Positions 1 to 12,200 of a stretch of 44,515 nt of DNA are shown one piece after another. Every line of letters begins with the position of its first letter. Positions within the stretch are counted from its first letter, which is position 1. The DNA comes from Craspedostauros australis (Eukaryota), in the NCBI GenBank assembly GCA_030167865.1, contig JALAGF010003490.1, positions 1 to 44,515 on the forward strand. The letters are read 5' to 3'. Below the pieces are notes generated by a model. It searched no databases. It worked only from the letters and a program-made list of their open reading frames with translations, and was not told where the DNA came from. A program made the translations under genes and the position numbers.

Positions 1-12
1 GTCCTCCCGACA

Positions 13-1116
13 ATGATCGATTCTCGAATGGGTGAATCAGACGAGAGGTCTGTGAGTGAAACAGGCTCAAGCTCATCGACGCTACTGCCAGTAGAAGCGG
101 TAGCCGGAGGAGGAGGAGATACACCACCACCATCACCACAAGGAATGGCAACGTCCATGCCCAAGCAACTTCGAGACCATCTCAACCGAGAAACACGGCA
201 CATACCCCTCCAAGAATTGGTGATGACCAGCAACTTCAAGCCAGAAATGTGCCCGAATGGAACGACCTTCATCAACAGCACCTTCATCGATCCAACTTCT
301 GCAACTGACACACTCAACGCAACGCTCCCCCCACGCAAGATCCCCAGGATCGTCCACATCACCGCAAAGTTCCCATGCATGACACCTGCGTTCGAAAGGA
401 TCATGCAAAGATGGCACCTTGAAGGCCACTCTTTCGCATTCCACGATGAAGCAGCAGTTGATCGGCTACTGGGAAAGCTCTTTCCAGAATTCCCCAATCT
501 GCACTTCTTCCGAGAATGCGTTGTGAGCGGTGCTGGCAAGGCTGATCTGTGGAGGTATCTCGTGCTGTACGAATACGGAGGGATATATTCCGACATGGAC
601 ACCGCTCCAGGAAAGAGGTTCTTCCAAGATGGTGCCATCCAACCGGAGGATGATGCCTACGCTGTTGTATCGCGTGACAAGAAGCTCGCTCAGTACTTTG
701 TTGCAGCATCGCCCAAGCATCCGATCATGTATTACTCCATTCACCAAGTGCTGAAACGGCTGTATGGCGTTGGTAGTGTGTTGAAACAGAACGTGCCTCA
801 TGTCACTGGTCCCGACGCCATGAGAGCTGGCGTCCGTGACTTCTCGAAAGGCTCGACACCGATGAAACCGGCGGAGGGAACTTACGTTGGACTGGACGGA
901 CGCACGCTACGCGTGGTGGGGTCGCGCAAAACCACTGAGGCTTTCATGAATCGATATGCTCTCACTTACAACGAGAAGACTGATGGGTATACGAAGCTGA
1001 ACACTACGTCGTTCAAGGTGTTTGCGCGGTATTTGCAGGAAGAAGAACGCAGTTGGTTGCAGCAACCTTGTAAGAATCTGCTTTTCAAGGTGGCAGACAG
1101 GCAACGCAGTCCGTAA
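13..1116 (+). CDS. Glycosyltransferase with DXD sugar-binding motif (GT32 / Och1-Sur1-like); may extend 5' beyond the window
   Basis: 367-aa ORF with the GT32-type motifs KIPRIVHIT, ADLWRYLVLYEYGGIYSDMD (DXD), FVAASPKHP and VTGP. The frame is open back to position 1, so the true start may lie upstream. Confidence 0.85.
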   Translation: MIDSRMGESDERSVSETGSSSSTLLPVEAVAGGGGDTPPPSPQGMATSMPKQLRDHLNRETRHIPLQELVMTSNFKPEMCPNGTTFINSTFIDPTSATDTLNATLPPRKIPRIVHITAKFPCMTPAFERIMQRWHLEGHSFAFHDEAAVDRLLGKLFPEFPNLHFFRECVVSGAGKADLWRYLVLYEYGGIYSDMDTAPGKRFFQDGAIQPEDDAYAVVSRDKKLAQYFVAASPKHPIMYYSIHQVLKRLYGVGSVLKQNVPHVTGPDAMRAGVRDFSKGSTPMKPAEGTYVGLDGRTLRVVGSRKTTEAFMNRYALTYNEKTDGYTKLNTTSFKVFARYLQEEERSWLQQPCKNLLFKVADRQRSP

Positions 1117-1767
1117 TGTTGATCGGGGGGCGTCGTGGATACAGTTTGCTGTGTGGGTGGCATTCACTCCAAGCTTCTCCGCACAGCAGGCCATGGGTGA
1201 TCGATGGGAGATGTTTCAAGCACAAGGTTCCGCTTCATCAGTCAATAACAATAACAAGCATCTTAAAAGCACCCCGTCCTCGATTGCCGCTGGCGGTGAT
1301 GCGAGAGTATACGAGTACAGGCAAGGCCAAAACAATTTGGGCATGACCAATTTTGAAATTGAAGGTTCTGAGGATGCAAGCCATGCTTCGTTCGTTTGTC
1401 GCTTTTATACATAGTTCCCGTATAGTGCGCCTGTTGCTCTGTAGAGAATCTATAGCGCGCCCCATGGGACCTGCGGCGAGGGAGTACGCGTCCAATTGAA
1501 GATCCCATCCCAAATACCACTGCTCTCCTCTATGTTCATCGAATGTTCTACCATCTATGCTGTCGTGCTAGTCTGCAAGGTCCTATTCGTGATTGGATCT
1601 GCGACACATCGGAATTCGTGACTCGTCATTTCAAACGGTCAGTTCGTGTGACGCTGGCAATGACTGTCTTTTGCTGTGTGCGGTACAGCGTGGGCGACAG
1701 CGAAATACGCCGAAGGAGATCCACACGAACTGCCAATGGCCTCGCACCGACATTCGCAGAGGCAGAC

Positions 1768-1813
1768 ACAATCACAATCACAATCACAATCGCGAAAGCA
1801 AAAGCAAAAGCAA
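1768..1813. repeat. Hexanucleotide microsatellites (ACAATC)n followed by (GCAAAA)n upstream of SEC31
   Basis: Directly visible: acaatcacaatcacaatcacaatc followed by gcaaaagcaaaagcaaa. Confidence 0.8.
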
Positions 1814-1968
1814 AGGACACCGAGGAGAGATCTGTTGCCGAGTAACCATCTACACAACGAAGCAGAGGTGTGGAATCATAGCTCGCACTGCAACCACGAA
1901 GCAACAAAGCAGCAACGTAGCAAAGGAGCAGGCTACTCGCAGCAGAGTCACAGAGAAGCAAAGCAACA

Positions 1969-4900
1969 ATGACGAAGATCACGCAGATTGAGGATCGCAG
2001 CGCGACGACTGCCTGGTGCCCAGTCCAGGGCCATGCCGATGTCATTGCGTTGGGAACAAAGGTACGTTGAGATGCGGCATTGGCACAAGTGCCTGTCGCT
2101 CCATCATTCCCTTCATTGTCGAGTTCATCGTCGAGTTCATCGTCGAGTTCATCATCTGGTTGACTATCTGTTGCCACATTATGCCATTGTGCCCATGCTC
2201 CATTCATGCACAGCTCATTCTCAACTCGCTTGCATCTCCATTCACCAAATCATCCAATGGCACAAATGATACACATCCCAACGCACATGCCAACTCCGAA
2301 TACCAAACAAACGCCGTGCTAACAGGACTCGGGCGGCGGCGGCTTCGATGACACCGGAGGGGAGCTGGATCTCTACGATCTCAACCTGGCGCAGTCCAAG
2401 GAGGGACCAAAGCTGCTGGGGTCCGTCAAATGCACGAGCCGCTTCGCCAGCCTTGGTTGGGGCAAGCCAACCACCACTGCAGGCAGCGCCAAATACGACA
2501 AGGGACTCATTGCCGGCGGTATGGAGAACGGCTCCATCCACGTGTGGAATCCAAACGGGGTCTTGTCCAACCAACCCTCCATCGTGGCATCGTACAACAA
2601 CCACGGCTCGGGACCCGTCAAGGCGCTCAGCTTCAATTCGTTGGACCCAACTCTCTTGGCCACCGGTGGTAGCGACGGAAAGGTCCTCATCGCCAACCTG
2701 CAGAACCTGGACAAGCCAGTCATATCCGCGCCAGCCGCGGACAAATCGCAATCAGCGCAGATCACATCCCTGTCGTGGAACACGCAGGTGGCGCACATCG
2801 TCGCCAGTTCATCCGGCGATGGTACAGTGGCGGTGTGGGACCTCAAGGGCAGGAAGGCGTGGTGCGAGTTGCGCGAGTCGACGGGACACGCCGTGTCCGA
2901 CGTTGCCTGGAACCCCAGCCAAGGCCTCCATCTGCTCACGGCAATCGGCGATGACCGCAACCCGGTCATCAAGCTGTGGGATCTGCGCGCCTCCACCAGC
3001 ATGCCTCTTGCCACGCTCAAGGGACATCAGCAGGGCATTCTCAGCATGGACTGGTGTCCGCACGACGACCATCTCCTTCTTTCGTAAGTTCAACACGGCC
3101 AACTCTTGGCTGTTGCCACTTTCCTCTTTCTCGACTTGCCTCAGTATCAGCGTGAGCATCTCTTCAACACGAACTCACATCGCTGCTACTGTCTCTTTTG
3201 CACCTCTTGCATCTACTCTATTTCTTTCCCCCGCACGCTCTCTCACACAATCCCCCACGTTCATTTCTAACAACAGGTGCGGCAAGGACAACCGAACGAT
3301 CCTTTGGGATTTGTACACACTGAAGCCCATCACGGAGGTACCCAACGACACGCCATCGGGGCAGGATGCTGCAGGCAACGCATCCAGCTCGGAGCTTTTC
3401 GGTGCCAGCGGATTGGCGTCGTCGCAGCAGAGACGGTACGATGTCCAATGGTCTCCAATCAAGCGTGGCGTCGCATCCACCTGCTCCCTCGACAGAAAGG
3501 TCCAGGCGCATTCCATTCTTGCCTTGGCATCACAGTGCGGACGACCACCAAAATGGATGAGGCCCAGCAGCAGCGTTTCGTGCGGGTTCGGCGGTGCCGT
3601 CGTGTCGTGCGGTTCCCTTGATAAGATCGTGCGATGCCAGACCGTCGTGGAGCAGCCGCAGCTCGCCACTATCTCCAAAGCATTCGAGGCGGAGATGGCA
3701 GCGACCACTCCCATCGATTTCTGCAAGAAGGAGGCCAGCAGGTCATCCAACCCGTGCGATGCCGACATTTGGGGATTCATGCAGGTCATTTTCGAGACGA
3801 ACGCGCGTCAGCAACTGCTGGGGCATCTCGGATTTGATCCTGCCTCCATCGCTGATGCCGCAGACAAATTCAAGGAGGACGCAACCACCAACGGAGTTGC
3901 GAAGATGTCGCTGGAGGATTCCAAGGCAGCCGGAATGTCGGAAGCAGCGAAAGAAGCCGTGAAGAAGGCTCTGCTCGTGGGCAACTTCGAAGCGGCGGTT
4001 GATTGCTGCTTCGAAACCGGCAACCTGGCCGATGCGCTCGTTCTGGCATCCTGCGGTGGCGGCGATCTCTGGACCAAGACGCAGGCTCGTTACTTTGAGC
4101 GCGAGGCTGTGAAGCGTCCGTACCTCTCCATCGTCAGCGCCATCATCCACAGCCAGCTGGCGGAGCTCATCGAAAAGTCGGACCTGGCGAAGTGGAAGGA
4201 GACGTTGGCCATCCTGTCGACGTACAGCAAGTCGGAGGAATTCCCAGAGCTCTGCGTCGCCTTGGGTGACTTGCTCGAAAAGGCCGGCAACACGCAGAAC
4301 GCATCTCTGTGCTTCATGTGCGCGCTAAGCCTCGACCGCGCAGTCGCATTTTGGAGGCAGCAGCTTGCCGAGGCAAACGCGATGAAGGGATCACGTGATT
4401 TGCTGGCATTGCACAAATTCATCACTAAAGTCTCCATCTTCCTGCAGGCCGTGGGTTCATCCGCCGTGCTCAGCGCTGAAGATGCCGAGCTGTTTGCGTA
4501 CTACTCTGAGAAGCTTTCCGAGCAGGGTCTACTGGAAACTGCCGCAAAGTACAGCCGTGGTGACAGCGAAGACAGCAAGATCCTGCGCGACCGATTGTAC
4601 CGCAGTCGCGCCAGTCCTGCGTGCCTCGCCGCCATGGGTGGAAACCCTCCGGAGTTCCCGTTCATGATGGCAGACATCAAGAAGAGCCGGCAGCCAACGA
4701 TTCAGAAGCAGCAGATCATCGCACAGCAGAAGGCGCAACAAGAGGCGCAAAGGCAGTACGAGCAGCAGCAACAACAGCAGATGCAGCAACAACAGCAAGC
4801 GCAGGCACAAGCGCAAGCGCAACAGCAGGCCTACCAGCAGACCGTGGCCGCAAGTGCTGCAGCGCAAGCAACCCAGCAAAGCAATGCGCCGACAGTATCC

Positions 4901-5656
4901 GATGCCTTGCCAGCTGGTTGGGTCGCGTACCAGGACCCTACCACAGGAGGCACGTACTATGCCAATCAAACAACCGGTGAGACAACGTGGGAACGACCAC
5001 AGGCTTCCCCAGCGCCGGCGCCAGCACCCGTCGCAGCCCCTGAGCCTGCTGTGCAACAAATGGATCCATCTGCCTATCAACAGCAGCAGCAACATCAACA
5101 ACCAGGAGCTCAGCCTACGGCCGCGTCGTCGACTCAACGGACGATGGCCTCCAAGTACGGCGACGGCTTTGTGACATCCGCATCGCATCCCGAACTCGCG
5201 CATCAGTACGGCAACGTCGGTACCAGCAACCCGTACTCCAACACATCCCGGCCAGGAACGGCAAGAGTTGCCGCAGTGGAGAAGCCACCTGTGTCCGGAA
5301 CGCTCGATCTCGATCGCATCGGCCAGCTTGCTGAGGATTACATCCCCATGCAGGATACGTTGCTCAGTCTTATCGATGCGCTGAAGCAGACGCAGCTCGC
5401 TGCCGGCGACAAGAGGCAGCTCGCCGAAGCCGAAAAGGGCGTCGCTGTGTTCCTGAAGCGTCTTGCCCGCGGCGACGTGCCAGAGGACGTGGCTGGCAAG
5501 ATGATGACGATGACGACGACCATCCAGACATATGATTGGAAGAACGCGCAGGCAATCCAAACTGGCCTGGTCAACACCGACTGGAAGGAGCACAAGGATT
5601 GGTTGAAGGGCATCAAGGCTCTGCTCCAGCTCTCAACAAAGAAATTCCGAACTTGA
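1969..5656 (+). CDS. SEC31: COPII outer-coat protein Sec31; exons 1969-2061, 2326-3083, 3277-5656
   Basis: The spliced frame reads MTKITQIEDRSATTAWCP...ALGTK|DSGGGGFDDTGGELDLYDL, then WD40 repeats (IHVWN, VAVWDL, IKLWDLR, SMDWCPHDDHLLLS|CGKDNRTILWD), PPKWMRP-SFG-like linker, an alpha-solenoid (ALLVGNFEAAVDCC, WKETLAIL), a Q/P-rich linker and a C-terminal helical domain. Both introns are GT..AG (gtacgt..ctaacag; gtaagt..caacag) and keep the frame. Confidence 0.93.
2118..2153. repeat. Three perfect 12-bp tandem repeats (GTCGAGTTCATC) in SEC31 intron 1
   Basis: Directly visible tandem array. Confidence 0.85.
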
Positions 5657-6608
5657 GCAGGTATCCACGCCGATGGCAGCGTAGATGGGCCATGACAGAA
5701 ACAAGCGGTCTAACCTAAATTAAGATACGGTACGCAAATGGAGATGCAGATACCATACTCTACAAGCTTAGAATGTCCACTTCATCCGGCACTTGATTCG
5801 TCCCGTTGGTGGGTGTCAGACGATCCAAGATTTGCCCACTGTCCTGCTTGTTCCTTTCCGATCTTGTTTGGTGTGTTGCATTTCTCGATTCTTGAATCGT
5901 GTGTCACAAACAACAAGAAGGCTCCCAACTCGTGGTGCAGAAACAGAAACAAAGACGAAAGGGCAGCCAGGCGCCGATCCAAGTGAGAGCACATACCACA
6001 CCACAACAGCACAAAGGGCAAAGGAAACGACACATCAACAAAGAGGACAAAGTTCCAGTTGGCCAAATTATATCACCCATGTAATACAAAACGCGCTCCT
6101 CAGCGACCTCTGTGACACATGGCAAACTTGCGACCGATCCTTGCATCAAAAGCGCTGATCGCATCCGCTTCGCCCTCTGGCATCCGAGAAAGGCGGCATC
6201 CACACCTATTGCATTGAAAAACACACTGCGTTACGCTACGCTGTGCATCACACTGTGCACGAATCTTTCCTTCACTCATCATATTTCCACGCTCGAAGCA
6301 ACGGATCACAGGCCATCAACATCGAAACAACTTGCTTCCGGTCTTCCATTCTCCATCAACGTCCACCACTGCCACAAGTCGTAGCAGAACGGTGGCCTCG
6401 TCGAACAACCAGGAGATGTCGTAAGTTGCTGTGGTTATGGCATGCGCGCTGGCGCATGGGCCCGATGTGGGATGTGTGGTAGCCAGTTGGTTTGCTCATA
6501 CAAATGATGTGAAGTGTTGCATCGCTTTGGTTTCATCCATCTCACTCATCCTACCCTCTATTGGTATTATTCGTGTGTGTTTGTGTGGATTCTTCGCTCT
6601 GCGTTGGA

Positions 6609-8780
6609 ATGGGTTCAAAATACTATACTTTCCAATCGAGAAGCAGCGACGTGTTCACTTTCAAATGGATGAAGCAGTTTTCGAGTGCTTGTATTCGAGG
6701 GAACCTGCAAGCGGTTCAAGCCCTCGTTGAAGGGTGCGAAAGGGTGGTCCCTTCCACTATGGCTTCTTTTCGTCGCAACACGCCGCTCCATTATGCGTGC
6801 GCGGGTGAGAACATAGACATCGTCAGATACTTGGTGGAGTCTGACCAAATCGAAATCGATGCTAACGCCCGGAACTGGAAGGGGGAAACGCCATTCTACA
6901 TTGCGTGCAAGCTCGGGCGTGGAGATATCATCAAGTACTTGGTGGAGTCCGACCGAATCGGCGTTGATGCCAGCATCCAAGATTACACGAGAAGGACACC
7001 GCTCCATGCTGCATGCTGGCGCTTGGATCGAGATACATTTGAGTACTTGGTAGTCTCTGATGGAATCAACATCAATGCCGCCATTCAAGATGTTCACGGA
7101 GAGACAGTATTACTGTCTACATGCCGGATTGGAAGAAACGATCTCGTGAGGTGCCTAGTGGAGAGTGACCGATTCGATGTGGATGTCAACATTCGGACCA
7201 AAACTGGGGCGACACCATTTCATCTCGTTTGCAAGCACGGCGATCGAGCTACTGTTGCGTGCTTGATGGAATCTGACCAGATCGATACCACTACGGAAGA
7301 CAACGATGGCAACACGCTGGTCCATTATGCTTGCCAAGCACAACAACATAGCCAGGCGCTCGAGTACTTGGTGCAATCAAGACAAATCGACGTCGATTCT
7401 ATCATCAACAAGCCAAACAACCACGGTGACACGCCTTTCCATGTGGCGTGTGAGTCTGGGTGCAAGGACGTGATGGAATATTTGATGGAATCACCCGAGA
7501 TCCGCGCCGACATAGATGCCAATATCCGCAACAACAATGGTGATGTCCCTTTCCGCTGTGCCTGTTTCTGTGGGCATAGAGCTAGGATCGCATACCTGCT
7601 GAAATCGGATCGCATTGACGTCAGCCCTGAGATCCTGGCACCAAACGACGATGGTAATGCATTGCTCCATCTTCTTTGCCAGCGTGGAACAAGAGATTCG
7701 ATTACTTGTTTAATGGAATCTGATCGCATCGATATCAACAGCATGCTTGGTGGCAACCCCAACATGCAAAACAAGGAGGGTGACACACCACTTCACATTG
7801 CCTGTCGTGGGCAGGCGCAGGTGGATGTGGTTGAATATCTCATACAGTCGGACGATGTCGATTCGCAGAGCCATCTCTGCATCAAGAATAACAACGGCGA
7901 CACACCGTTTCATCTTGCGGCCAGCCGCGTGTATTCAAACCAGGCACTGGCGACCTTGATCAAGTTCTATCAACTGAACAACACAAGCGCGAAGCTCGAT
8001 GGCGTCTTCAACATTCAAAACAAATATGGTGACACGCCACTTCACTTGGTGTGCTTGAGGCGGGAACGAAGCTTCGTCGACGCCTTTCTCAGATCGCGGA
8101 CGGCCGATGCTTGTCTCGACATTCAAAACTGCAGCGGTAACACACCTCTTCATGTTTTCTTCTGTCGGCGCAGATTCTGCAGGATTGACGCTTCGGCGAG
8201 ACTCTCCCAAATCTTCGATTTCATCCAACAACAAGTCGTTTCCGCAATCAACCTCAGCGATCTCTCCAGTCCAAACAACGGTGGTGGAGAAATGGATATC
8301 ATCCAACGGTTGATCGACAAAACAAAGCCAATTGTGAATATCCAGAACAACAACGGCGACACCCTCCTTCATCTCGCATACGAGTATGGTGGTATTTCCG
8401 TTGCGCGTGATTTGATCGGAGATGACTCGGTGGACGCCACGTTGCAAAACAACAACGGGGACACACTCTTACATTGTGTCTGCAGAATTGAGCGTCGCCA
8501 TACGCTGAAGCATATGAAGCTTTTGATTGAATCGAACAACGTAAAGGTCGATGTGAACGCAAGGAACAAGGAGGGAGACACTGTGCTGCACCGTGCGATC
8601 ATACATGGTTGCTTGGGCTTAGCCAAGTATCTGGCAAATCTGGAACGTGTTGATCCACATGTGAGGAACAACGATGGTAAGACGGCGCTCCAGTGTGCTC
8701 AGGAGAGAGGCCACGATTCATGGATGTTGGCATTGCTAAAGGCGAAGATGCATGGTAATGAAGACATGCACGAACGATGA
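6609..8780 (+). CDS. Long ankyrin-repeat protein, apparently intronless
   Basis: More than a dozen ankyrin consensus units (NxxGDTPLHxAC...LVES..IDVD.N). The first in-frame ATG is at 6609; the ORF track begins at a non-ATG codon (6561). Confidence 0.9.
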   Translation: MGSKYYTFQSRSSDVFTFKWMKQFSSACIRGNLQAVQALVEGCERVVPSTMASFRRNTPLHYACAGENIDIVRYLVESDQIEIDANARNWKGETPFYIACKLGRGDIIKYLVESDRIGVDASIQDYTRRTPLHAACWRLDRDTFEYLVVSDGININAAIQDVHGETVLLSTCRIGRNDLVRCLVESDRFDVDVNIRTKTGATPFHLVCKHGDRATVACLMESDQIDTTTEDNDGNTLVHYACQAQQHSQALEYLVQSRQIDVDSIINKPNNHGDTPFHVACESGCKDVMEYLMESPEIRADIDANIRNNNGDVPFRCACFCGHRARIAYLLKSDRIDVSPEILAPNDDGNALLHLLCQRGTRDSITCLMESDRIDINSMLGGNPNMQNKEGDTPLHIACRGQAQVDVVEYLIQSDDVDSQSHLCIKNNNGDTPFHLAASRVYSNQALATLIKFYQLNNTSAKLDGVFNIQNKYGDTPLHLVCLRRERSFVDAFLRSRTADACLDIQNCSGNTPLHVFFCRRRFCRIDASARLSQIFDFIQQQVVSAINLSDLSSPNNGGGEMDIIQRLIDKTKPIVNIQNNNGDTLLHLAYEYGGISVARDLIGDDSVDATLQNNNGDTLLHCVCRIERRHTLKHMKLLIESNNVKVDVNARNKEGDTVLHRAIIHGCLGLAKYLANLERVDPHVRNNDGKTALQCAQERGHDSWMLALLKAKMHGNEDMHER

Positions 8781-9246
8781 CTCCTACTGAACGAATACGT
8801 GTCACATACACACGCACAAGTAGCAGAGGTGATACTCAATCATCTGCACTGATGATGTGGGTACCGTCTTGTTCCAAATCTATTCTTTTCTCCGCACCCA
8901 CGCTACGGTCTCTCTTGTCCGCTTGTGTTCGTTTTTGTTCGAGAACAAGGTGTCAAATCGGACATGTATTTTTGCAACACCATAGCTGAAATGTGATAAA
9001 ACACAACACTTCACTCGTCTTCCAGACATTTTCAAACCCGTGAATAGATGAGACCCGTGTGGGCAAATCTGCGCAGGTCGTTCTTGTGGAATGGGAGGCA
9101 ACTCTCTCTCTCTGTCTGGGGAAAAATGGAAAGCTCATCGCATGACTCATCTGCTCTACGTACTTGCATTAGTACATCTCTGCAGGGTTTGGGTTTATTA
9201 TCTCTCTGCTCGGACTCCACTCTACTCTAATTGCACCATGCCATGC

Positions 9247-12200
9247 TCAAATGTTTTGCACTCGCTTCTTCTTTTTCGGCACTGAGGTGGGTGATGAAAC
9301 CCAGGATTCGGTGCTGCTGCGTCGCTTTTGAGCGGGCTTCGATCCATCCACCGAGGCTTGGCCGTCGGCACCGTCTGCATTTCCGGAGCCGTTCTTCATG
9401 AATGCTTCTCGGATGATGCAATCTCGTGTGTGTCGTTTCTTGTCCCACGCAGCCCACTTGCGGAACGTCATCTTGTCATCCTCCGTCAGCTGTATCCAGC
9501 CCTCCTTCAACGCGCCGTTGATCTTCTCCTTGTTCTTGCGATCCTCGGCAGGCAGCGACTCCTTGATGGATTTTCTATTGCGGTGGCAGTAATGCGCGAA
9601 CGCTTTCTTGTAATCCTTCGGTTCCGTTGATCCATCATATTCTGGGAATTCGAGGAATTTATCCTCCGGACCGATGTCGCCCTTCATGGTATCAAATGCA
9701 GGCGTTTGTTCTTGCTTGCCATTCCCATTCGCAGATGCCTTCGTCTTAACGCCATCGTGCTTGTTGTTTGCTGATGTAGCTGTTGCCGCAGCTCCTGCCG
9801 AAGGTGACTTTGTTCCCATCCCATTGCTTGTCGATTTGCTTGCCATCGTCGCTTGGAGGCCTTCGATAGACCCCTTGTTCAGTTGCTTCAGCCTGTTTTG
9901 GATTTCCTTCATGTGCCGTTCCAGATCGTCCACTTTCTCCTCGAGGGCCTTCTTCTCGGTCTGCCTTCGCTGAATCCGTTCCTGCTGTCGTTCTTGTTGC
10001 AAAATTCGGAACGGTTTCAGTGTGACAGGTGGCAACTCAGCTCCATCTTCAGCTTCGACGGGCAATCCCTGAGACTCCCGCTCCTTGCGCTCCAAATGTT
10101 CCACCTCCTTCAAGGCCGATCTCATCAGATACTCACATCGTTTCGCGATCAGGTCCACGGGGAGGCTGCGGAGAAGGTAGTCGAATCGAAACTTGGGACT
10201 TCGTCGGATGGCCATCTTGACGGCGCTCCATTGCCCGTACCCGAACTGCAGGTGGAGAAGTACAACATGGATCCGACGTATATCGAAGCGAAGATACCAT
10301 GCAACCACGAGGGCATGAGAGAGACAGAGCGTAAGACGAAGCTTCAGCATGAACGCCAGTCAATAAGCATTCCCCTCCCAAGCATTTCCAGGACATCTGC
10401 CACGAGATTCTCATCCAGCAGTGCAACGCAACTCAATCGAATACAAAGCAAGTTGCAAATCAAGTCGCAAAGGTGATGCCACCGCACTCTCCAGATGACG
10501 TACCTTGTGCGCCCAGCAGAGCAGATACCGATCATTCTCGACCGAGAACAGCTTGTCTTTGGTCTGGACGTGGCTGAACTCCAGCTCCTCCCACGGATTG
10601 TCGAAGATGGAGACCAGCGCTCTTGTGCCGCGTTCCATGGATTTGATGTCGTGGATTTTGCGCTCGCCCTTCTCGACCTGTTTCAGCACGCGATCGTACT
10701 CGTGTTCGGAAATGCGGGCTTTGCCGACGTCGCCCCAAAAGTGCTGTACGAACTTGTCGACATCGGCGGCTGGTTTGCCTATGTACTTGGCGATGTTGTT
10801 GACTCTGGAGCGTCCATACAGCGTGCTGGCCTTGACAAAGGCGGAATAATGCGACCGATTCCAATCATCGAAGCCCTCCGCGAGCAACCGTTTCTTTTCC
10901 TCCATGACGCTCTCCTCCAGAAGCGGTGGCAGCGTTGGCGCAGCCTGCTCGGATTCGGACTGCGCATTGTTGGTTTCGGCTTTCGTGTCAGTCTCCGATG
11001 GAGTGTCAGGAGCTGTAGTTGCGGTGGTGCCATTGCTGCTGACATGCGTATCGGTATTGGCATTCACATTATTCGCAGCAGCGGTCGGCGCAGCTGTTGC
11101 TGCTCCAGCTGTGGCATCCGTTGGTGTGGGAGCGTGAACTGCGCATTTTTGCACCTCCTCTGGCAAGGCCCGAAAGTTGGCTTCCTCCTGTTCTTGAATT
11201 TCGAGCAGCCTCGGTCGATCGTACATCTGCCATTCCTCCATGCGCGGCAATCGGAATTGTTTCGGCAGCTTGATGATCATCTTTTTCTTCTTCTTGACAA
11301 TCTGGTTGGCAGCGACCGCGTTCTGGTAGAGCTTGTTCTCGTTGTAGTTGGCCACCGTCTTGCGCTCGCGCTTTCCGACGTCCATGATCTCGAGCCATTC
11401 CGGCTTGTTTCGCGCGGCGTTGGAATAGTCAATGCCTTCGAAGGTTTGCAAATTTGAATTCCTTCCATCGAGAGTGAAATCCAGCAGATCACCCTTATCG
11501 GCGGCCTTGAGCTTGTCATTGAGCTCCTGCGTCTTCCGCTTGCCGGCATCCATGATCATGTCAATGTCTTCATCCGTGATGCTGGAGTCCTTGCTTTTGA
11601 AGATCTTGTCGGCACCGAAGCGCACAGCATGCAGCAGTTCGTCGCGCGACAATTTGTCCTTCTCCTTGAAACGCCCCTGCTGCACCACCATGGCATCCAG
11701 CTTGAGTTTTTGCTGCGCGCGTTCGACGATCTTTTCTTCGACCGTGTGCTCCGTGACGAAGCGGAAGACCTGCACTTCCCTCTTCTGGCCGATGCGATGC
11801 GCGCGATCCTGCGCCTGCAAGTCAGCCTGCGGGTTCCAATCGGAGTCGTAGAGGATGACGACGTCCGCCGTCTGCAAGTTGATGCCGAGACCTCCGGCGC
11901 GCGTGGAGAGGAGGAAGAGGAACTTCTCCGAGTTGGGCCTGTTGTAGGCCTCGATGTAGTCCTCGCGCATCTCGTAGGTGGTGTTACCGTCGATACGACA
12001 GTAAGCGAAGCGTCTCATGACGAGGTAATCCTCGAGGATGTCCAATATCCTTGTCATCTGCGTGAAGAGGAGGACGCGGTGTCCCTTCTCCTTGAGTCGG
12101 CGGAGTAGCTTGTCCAGCAGGACCATCTTGCCGCAGTTCTCCACCAGGTGCTCTCCCAACGGTGGCAGGGTCCGATCCTCGACACCGGGAAAGAGGTAGG

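Noticed and set aside
2118-2153. Short direct repeats as a CRISPR-like array
   Set aside because: They are contiguous 12-bp tandem units without spacers, in a eukaryotic intron, with no cas genes.
2348-3276. N-terminal about 310 aa of the 1102-aa ORF as real protein
   Set aside because: It is an alternative frame of SEC31 exon 2 plus read-through of intron 2. The WD40 sequence is in the 2521-3087 frame.
4529-5593. 354-aa minus-strand ORF (and similar antisense ORFs at 10495-11457, 38990-40096, 32725-33504)
   Set aside because: These are antisense shadows of GC3-biased real genes and have no recognisable domains.
5700-6560. Small ORFs between SEC31 and the ankyrin gene
   Set aside because: They have no recognisable motifs or codon bias and are consistent with UTR or intergenic sequence.
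9247-10350. 367-aa ORF as an independent HMG gene with a signal-peptide-like start
   Set aside because: Its first 35 codons lie in ISWI intron 2. The SLIDE domain continues across the splice, so it is the last ISWI exon.
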